Shown piece by piece: positions 58,388-64,000 of a stretch of 64,000 nt of DNA. This stretch comes from an uncultured virus (IMG/VR IMGVR_UViG_3300032283_001024) (Duplodnaviria > Heunggongvirae > Uroviricota > Caudoviricetes). The notes below the pieces were generated by a model. The model worked only from the letters and a program-made list of their open reading frames with translations. It was not told the DNA's origin and did no database searches. A program made the translations under genes and the position numbers. The stretch lies in the IMG/VR virus record IMGVR_UViG_3300032283_001024. One strand, 5' to 3'. The first letter of the stretch is position 1. Each line of letters starts with the position of its first letter.

Positions 58388-59734
58388 TTGGGAACATCTC
58401 TATCAACTCTTCCTGTTAACTTAGGGTACACCAACCTGGGAACAGTAGAGGCTTACCCTACAGGTGGTTCAGGACCCACGGCTTACGGTCCTACAAGTTA
58501 TTTTGGAAGTGATCCCCTACCTCCGCAGCCAGGATCTTCGATTGCCGATCCTATTGATCTTGGTGACATCTGCGCATTACTCTACACAGTTGACATAAGT
58601 AATACACACGGCGGCAAAACAAGACAACAATCTCTTTTTTACACTTTTAATTTAACAAGAAATACTTCAATTCAAATTATACAAAATAATAATCCATTTT
58701 CTTATCAAACAGCTACAAATAAAAACACAATATTGTCTCTTTACAAAGTACATGACGGCACGCACAAGAGAGAACTCTACATCGATCCTGATGGGTTAGT
58801 TCATGATCAGTTTAGTACTACTGAAAGTGACTCTGATTATTGGTCACAAAACACATTAGAAGATTATTCAGACAGTGTATTGCGTCCGGGGTCTTACGTT
58901 CTTCTGATTACTAACGATTTTAGATTTCTTGAGACTACGTACTCTTTCTCTATTTGTTTCTTTCTTAATGATTGGTCTTATGTGTCAAAAGGAATCGATG
59001 TAGGCTTAAACTTTGGAGCAGTAAACGAAGATTATGATGGTGAAATTGATCTTGGAAGCATAAGAACAGGTTCAACAGACATTTCAAAAATTAAATTCTA
59101 CATGTGCTCATGTGCTTGCGATCTTGCTCCTATAACACCTGAACCTGTGCCGGAATGTATCCCTATCGACCCTTTACCTCCAACTACTATTGCTGCTCTG
59201 ACAGCCAGTGGGTTCGGGTTTACAATCGGCTCTCTGGCTTATTCAAACTTTGTAGTTACCGGAGCAACCGCAGGTGCTGTCACTGCTGTTATTGATCCAT
59301 CTACCTATGATCACATATTTGAGTGGTCAGGTGTTAATTTTACCGGCACAAGTCTTACTTATCAATACACAGTTACGTTGTTACCTGATTCTCTTAATAG
59401 TGGTATAACATTCAAGGCTTACAACACTGGTTACTCAGCCTCCCCTGTCAGCAACCCTTCCTATAAATTCAAAAAAATTCTCAGGGCTTACACCATTGGT
59501 GAAGTGCTGATCGGGACCGTAACCGCAGAAAACGTGGTTGCAGTGTTTCCTCCCCCCGTTGGCCTCGTTAACGCCATCGTTACCGATGGTCCTTATGCTT
59601 TTGCTCCTGGAGAAACCGGGCCCATTGTGTTTAAAAACACAATAACGCGCATAGCAACAGGTGGCCGTATTGATGTAATCACTGACACGGTAAAAGTTCT
59701 TACAACCCCAGAGTCACTACCTTACTGTTCTTGA
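58388..59734 (+). CDS. Thr/Ser/Gly-rich two-part protein (putative structural/surface)
   Basis: 448-aa ORF; beta-rich halves joined by a Cys/Pro linker. Confidence 0.65.
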   Translation: MGTSLSTLPVNLGYTNLGTVEAYPTGGSGPTAYGPTSYFGSDPLPPQPGSSIADPIDLGDICALLYTVDISNTHGGKTRQQSLFYTFNLTRNTSIQIIQNNNPFSYQTATNKNTILSLYKVHDGTHKRELYIDPDGLVHDQFSTTESDSDYWSQNTLEDYSDSVLRPGSYVLLITNDFRFLETTYSFSICFFLNDWSYVSKGIDVGLNFGAVNEDYDGEIDLGSIRTGSTDISKIKFYMCSCACDLAPITPEPVPECIPIDPLPPTTIAALTASGFGFTIGSLAYSNFVVTGATAGAVTAVIDPSTYDHIFEWSGVNFTGTSLTYQYTVTLLPDSLNSGITFKAYNTGYSASPVSNPSYKFKKILRAYTIGEVLIGTVTAENVVAVFPPPVGLVNAIVTDGPYAFAPGETGPIVFKNTITRIATGGRIDVITDTVKVLTTPESLPYCS

Positions 59735-59824
59735 GTACCTTTGCCAACCGAAACCACACGCTTTTGTTGTTCTGCGTGACTTACGCACGTTCTTCTGTTA
59801 ATCTGGCACAAACGCGCCATCAGC

Positions 59825-60112
59825 ATGAAAGTCATCACACTCAAGGAGCTTGAAACGAACTTTGACGCAGTGCTAGAAGACGTTAGCGTCAACAAAGAGC
59901 ATTACAGGATCTTGAATGAAACTGGCGATGTGATGCTGATCCCTGTTGAAAGCTATGAGGTCTTAAAGGAAGTTTATATTGATTGGGTTGAAGAGCCCAA
60001 CAATGATCCACCTGTTGATGGTTTTGACCCAGAAAAACTTCCTGTAGAGCAGTTCGCCGCCAGTGATCAGGCGTTCCTTGTCCAAGAGGGCATGGAAGTG
60101 GTGTCTGAATAA
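59825..60112 (+). CDS. Phd/YefM-like antitoxin-fold protein
   Basis: MKVITLKELETNFDAVLEDV..NKEHYRI....DVMLIPVESYE. Confidence 0.7.
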   Translation: MKVITLKELETNFDAVLEDVSVNKEHYRILNETGDVMLIPVESYEVLKEVYIDWVEEPNNDPPVDGFDPEKLPVEQFAASDQAFLVQEGMEVVSE

Positions 60113-60465
60113 GCAGGAGGAGCAGGAGTATTTTTCGCTGCAAGCGCTCCCAAGTACTTCTTCTGCTCCTCTGTCATGAGCTGCTCTGAAGTATCTCTGA
60201 CTTTATCGAAAGTGTTTGCCTTAGGGAGACTGGCAAGGTACGTTGAAGCCGCTTGAAACTTGGTCTGCGCTTGCTGAGCACCAAGTTCTGCAGGTGTTCC
60301 TCCCTGCGCATAGAGATTGTTCAGCGCAACGTTAGTCTCTTCTTTTTTACGATTCAATAGGTCCGCAGTGGCACGAAGATCAGATTCCGGAGTTATCGAT
60401 CGGTATGCCACACCTTGAGAAGGCGTAGGGATAAAAGTGGTCCTGGGGCTAGGGCTGCTTCCCAT
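60067..60465 (-). CDS. hypothetical protein
   Basis: 132-aa ATG ORF. Confidence 0.55.
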   Translation of the reverse strand: MGSSPSPRTTFIPTPSQGVAYRSITPESDLRATADLLNRKKEETNVALNNLYAQGGTPAELGAQQAQTKFQAASTYLASLPKANTFDKVRDTSEQLMTEEQKKYLGALAAKNTPAPPAYSDTTSMPSWTRNA

Positions 60466-60523
60466 CTTGTTCTTACTTGACTCGGACTGTTACACTGATT
60501 TTACTTGAGACAAACCCGTACAA

Positions 60524-61821
60524 ATGGCTGATACCACTGACGCTGGCGGGCACCAGGATCAAGAGCAAAAGAAGCTCGGCAACGGTGATGGGACGCTTGA
60601 GCATGAGATGGAAAGCGCTGATATGGAAGAGTTTAGCCGCCTTTTAGCAAAAGTGTCTACTGATGTTCTATGGAATGTTCTGATGACACAGCAACAACGA
60701 ATATTTGCCACGGCTCTGTGGCAAGCTGCTAATTACGGTGGAAGACCAAAACCGCAAGACTTGAAACACATGGAGAAGAAGCGTGTGTATGCTGAATGGG
60801 TTTTAAGGATTAACCATCAAGAGCAGTGGAAAAAAGCCAAAAAGCAGGGTAAAGTGGTCGAACCTCAAAGTACTGAACATGGAAGTTGCTGACTGGATTG
60901 ACGAAGTCCTAGAAGAACCTGAAAAAACCCATTCGTTCCAGTATCTCAGCCACCGTTTTAACAACCTAGATATCTCAAAGGTCATAGTAGAGAATTATGA
61001 AGAAATGTTAACAGAATCACTAGCTGATCAAATTAGTATGTTCATTGCTCCGTCGGGCAGCTTTAAGACTCCGGATCTACAGCGTTACCTAGAACTCCTA
61101 AGAACATATGAAACTAGTACAAATGACCTAATTTTAGGTTTTTCCCTGGCCGATCAAATCAGGATTACGTTCAGTGACATGCTGCCTGCCACCATTTGCG
61201 AAAAGTTCCCTGACATCGACCTCATGACAAAGAGGCGCTATAGGTGCGTCGCTGAGTACCTTATACGGCAAGGCGAACTTGCCAAAGTAAAGGACGAAAG
61301 CGGTAAGCTTGTTAAGAAGGTAGGTAACATGGGAAAAGCGGTTGTGATCTACCAACCGTTAACCAAGATCCGCCAAACACTTCAACGCTCGGGTTTAACC
61401 GACTTCATAAAAAATGACAAAACAACGCAAGGAAATGATGTCAAAGTTGAGCCTAGCGAATCCGAGTCAGGAAAGTCAGATTCTTCTGCAGTTGACGATT
61501 GAGCGGATCTGCGCGGACATGTGCGACTTTTACGAGTGTTTTTACGCGCAAGAGGGGCCGGGTGCAATGGTGTACTTACCTGATGCAGAAAACAAAGACG
61601 AATCGATGTTCTACTTGACAGTCTCCCACATGATCTCCGCCCTGGAAGACATGATTCGTAAAGAGCTAGAAGGTTCAGCTGACGTTCTGCGTCAGGCAAT
61701 CGCCAGGGGGGAATCCCTGAACCCTCTCAAAGAGGCGCTGTTTATCATTCAAGATAATAGCAAGATGTCGCTAGTACACTACAACAAGGAAAAAGCTACT
61801 GCTGGTCCTATTAACGCGTGA
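60524..61821 (+). other. three overlapping hypothetical CDS (60524-60892, 60879-61502, 61414-61821)
   Basis: co-oriented, overlapping ORFs. Confidence 0.65.
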
Positions 61822-62471
61822 GCGGCCTTGTACGTACTGGTAGCACCAGTGGAGGCAGTAGGCCGTGGATTCCTAAGTACGCCTTCCTCTCCAAAATTAG
61901 TGACGTAGTAGACGACTGGCTAACCCCTGTCGAATACCTGCCTTATATAGACGCTTTGTTAGGTGACATCGATCTAGATCCGTGTTCTACGCACCTTGCA
62001 AATAATCAGTTCTTACGTGCAAAACAAATCTACACGTACAAAGAAGACGGATTAAACACAACAATTCCGTGGACTGGAAAAACTTACCTGTTTCCTCCTA
62101 CTTATGGAAGATGTTCTTATAACAAACAGAGAGGCGCTTTTAGATGGTCTTTGCGTGGAAGTCCGCACAGTAAATCTCCTTCGCACGTATGGTTTGATCG
62201 TTTACAACGAGAGTGGAAACTGAGGAATATACCTGAAGCGCTGTTCTTTACTACGCATCACGAGATGATGAGAACCAATCTAACAATGTGGGACTATCCC
62301 GTCTGCATATTAGAAAAACGCTGTAATTTGATTCATGGAAAAACTATAAAGTCGCACGCAGGGCCTTTTACTTGGGGTTATTTTGTGTACTTACCAAAGC
62401 TAAGCTCGGGATTCAATCAAGCAGACAACTTTATAGATATTTTCTCACACCTTGGAAAAGTTGTTTACTGA
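61818..62471 (+). CDS. phage Dam-like N6-adenine methyltransferase homologue with altered catalytic motif
   Basis: DDWLTP, IDLDPCS, EDGL..W.G..YLFPPTYG (canonical NPPY). Confidence 0.75.
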   Translation: MSGLVRTGSTSGGSRPWIPKYAFLSKISDVVDDWLTPVEYLPYIDALLGDIDLDPCSTHLANNQFLRAKQIYTYKEDGLNTTIPWTGKTYLFPPTYGRCSYNKQRGAFRWSLRGSPHSKSPSHVWFDRLQREWKLRNIPEALFFTTHHEMMRTNLTMWDYPVCILEKRCNLIHGKTIKSHAGPFTWGYFVYLPKLSSGFNQADNFIDIFSHLGKVVY

Positions 62472-62731
62472 TTTAATCTACCAAGTCGGCGCTGCTCTGG
62501 ACTCCGTTCTGAACCATACGCATTTTTAAATGTGTACATGTTGTTTCCGGGTCCAGAAACAACGAATCTGTCATCTTCCTTCCTGTCCTCTGTAAGATTA
62601 GTTCCTTGCGCCTGCTTGTGCCTTTCGATGAACCTGCTCAGGAAGTCGCGTTGTGCAGGGCTATCAATGGCTTTCTTGACACCGTGGTAACGGTTGTCTA
62701 CCATGTAGCCATCGCGGGTTTGCGTGTCCAT
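62465..62731 (-). CDS. hypothetical protein
   Basis: 88-aa ATG ORF. Confidence 0.55.
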   Translation of the reverse strand: MDTQTRDGYMVDNRYHGVKKAIDSPAQRDFLSRFIERHKQAQGTNLTEDRKEDDRFVVSGPGNNMYTFKNAYGSERSPEQRRLGRLNQ

Positions 62732-62778
62732 GGTTTCATTCTGGCACCTGCAAACTTTCTACACCCCCGCGCAAAACC

Positions 62779-63345
62779 ATGGCTGCACCTCTTCTGATCG
62801 GACTGCACTCAAAGAGGCCGAGGAGTGGGAAAAGCACGGTTGCTTCCTTTCTTCGTGATCAGTTCGATTATCAGATCAAACCTTTTGCTGGGCCACTGAA
62901 AGGGATGGTTAGACAGTTTCTTGAAGATGCTGGGCTAAATAAAGAGCAAATTCACTACTACATGGCAGAGGGAAAAGAGGCTGTCCTTCCCGGTGAATGG
63001 GAGAGGCCGACAACCGCCAGGTACTTGATGCAGACGTTAGGTACTGAGTGGGGAAGGGAACTTGTGGGTGGGAACATCTGGCTAAAGCTTTGGGGCAGCT
63101 CAATCGACGGAGCGAAAGTCGTTGTTGATGACGTCAGGTTTCCAAACGAAGCAGCAGAGATCAAGGCCCGTGGTGGCCAGATGTGGTTGATTGAACGCGA
63201 CATACACAGTTCTGCGCAAGTACTCAGCCATAAGAGTGAAAGCGGCCTAGGCGAAGATTACGCTTTCGACAGCGTTTTGCACAACAGGGGGACCGTGGCA
63301 GAACTACAGTACGCTGCTCGGTACGTCCTAAGCTGGTCTGAATGA
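62779..63345 (+). CDS. deoxynucleoside monophosphate kinase
   Basis: RSGKSTVA, FAGPLK, RYLMQTLGTEWGR, VVDDVRFPNEA, HKSE. Confidence 0.9.
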   Translation: MAAPLLIGLHSKRPRSGKSTVASFLRDQFDYQIKPFAGPLKGMVRQFLEDAGLNKEQIHYYMAEGKEAVLPGEWERPTTARYLMQTLGTEWGRELVGGNIWLKLWGSSIDGAKVVVDDVRFPNEAAEIKARGGQMWLIERDIHSSAQVLSHKSESGLGEDYAFDSVLHNRGTVAELQYAARYVLSWSE

Positions 63346-63999
63346 GGCAACTCCTTTGTGCGGTTTGCCCCAGTGGCGGAAGAACTGCTTCAGTACTTTT
63401 CCGGACGGATCTAACGTGCTTAGTTCCTTTTCAAGATACTCTAAAGCTCTAACTTGGTTAGGTGTGCCAATGAAACTCTCACCGATTGTGAGCAAACACT
63501 GATCAGATTTACAAACGTGTCTGACAAATCCGTGTACCTCCGTATCAGTAGAGAGGTACATGTTCAGCTCAACTTGTCTTCTTTTCTGTACGTGTTCGTT
63601 AGCAAACCGATACAAAGGATTGATCAGCGGACTCCATTCCTTGATAATCTCGAGTTTCGTAGCGCGTGAGTTTATCAACTCCAGTAGGGGACTGTCTTTA
63701 AAGTAACTTAATCCAACGCTGTGTGCGTAGCTGAGGAGAGCGCCGCGCTTTTTAGGGCTCAGCGGCATGATGACGTAGCTAGAGATCTTCTCTGCTAGTA
63801 CCTCTAAGTCCTTTACTAGCTGTTGGTTTATCTCATCTCTACTGGCTTTTGTGGATGGACCTGCCCATGTCTTTCCAATGCGGCTGCTACCATACCCAAT
63901 TCGCCACTCACCGTGCTCCGTACGATAAGAAGCAAACCGTTCGTCCCCACAATAGGTTCGGGGGTACCCGTGCTTCTGTATCAGCTCAACTACTAAGTC
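63328..63999 (-). CDS. GH24 lysozyme-like protein (5' truncated by window edge)
   Basis: frame open to the window end; WRIGYG, LSPKKRGALLSYAHSVG..F.DS.LL, KRRQVE. Confidence 0.75.
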   Translation of the reverse strand, partial: DLVVELIQKHGYPRTYCGDERFASYRTEHGEWRIGYGSSRIGKTWAGPSTKASRDEINQQLVKDLEVLAEKISSYVIMPLSPKKRGALLSYAHSVGLSYFKDSPLLELINSRATKLEIIKEWSPLINPLYRFANEHVQKRRQVELNMYLSTDTEVHGFVRHVCKSDQCLLTIGESFIGTPNQVRALEYLEKELSTLDPSGKVLKQFFRHWGKPHKGVASFRPA

Positions 64000-64000
64000 G

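Overview
Segment of a large dsDNA tailed-phage (Caudoviricetes) genome; the host is inferred to be a cyanobacterium from family-type small genes, which the sequence alone does not prove. 1-15.8 kb (minus strand): packaging/virion module with a putative scaffold, a portal overlapping the scaffold by 530 nt, an intein-containing terminase large subunit and several G/A/S-rich putative virion proteins. 16-38 kb (plus strand): early/accessory region of many small ORFs, including SSB, a PcfJ-like protein, ThyX and a GNAT. 39.5-64 kb: replication/nucleotide module (family A DNA polymerase, dCTP deaminase, double-OB SSB, Gp157-like, SpeD, PD-(D/E)xK exonuclease, primase-polymerase/D5 helicase, two His-Me finger nucleases, Phd-like, Dam-like, dNMP kinase, lysozyme-like). 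The most striking signals are non-coding. (1) The first early genes are separated by a complete type II hammerhead ribozyme and a family of tRNA top-half mimics (acceptor stem plus T-arm), most followed by a conserved AACARCC-N3-AGARGTAGTT hairpin; together these look like an RNA punctuation/processing system. (2) A ~200-bp palindrome with 3+3 phased iterons is a candidate origin. (3) There are two further structured RNA candidates (kissing-loop and pseudoknotted) and two degenerate tRNA-like genes. (4) A class 3, Pro-start intein with an atypical C-terminus splits the terminase Walker A motif. All calls come from reading motifs by eye; no searches were run.
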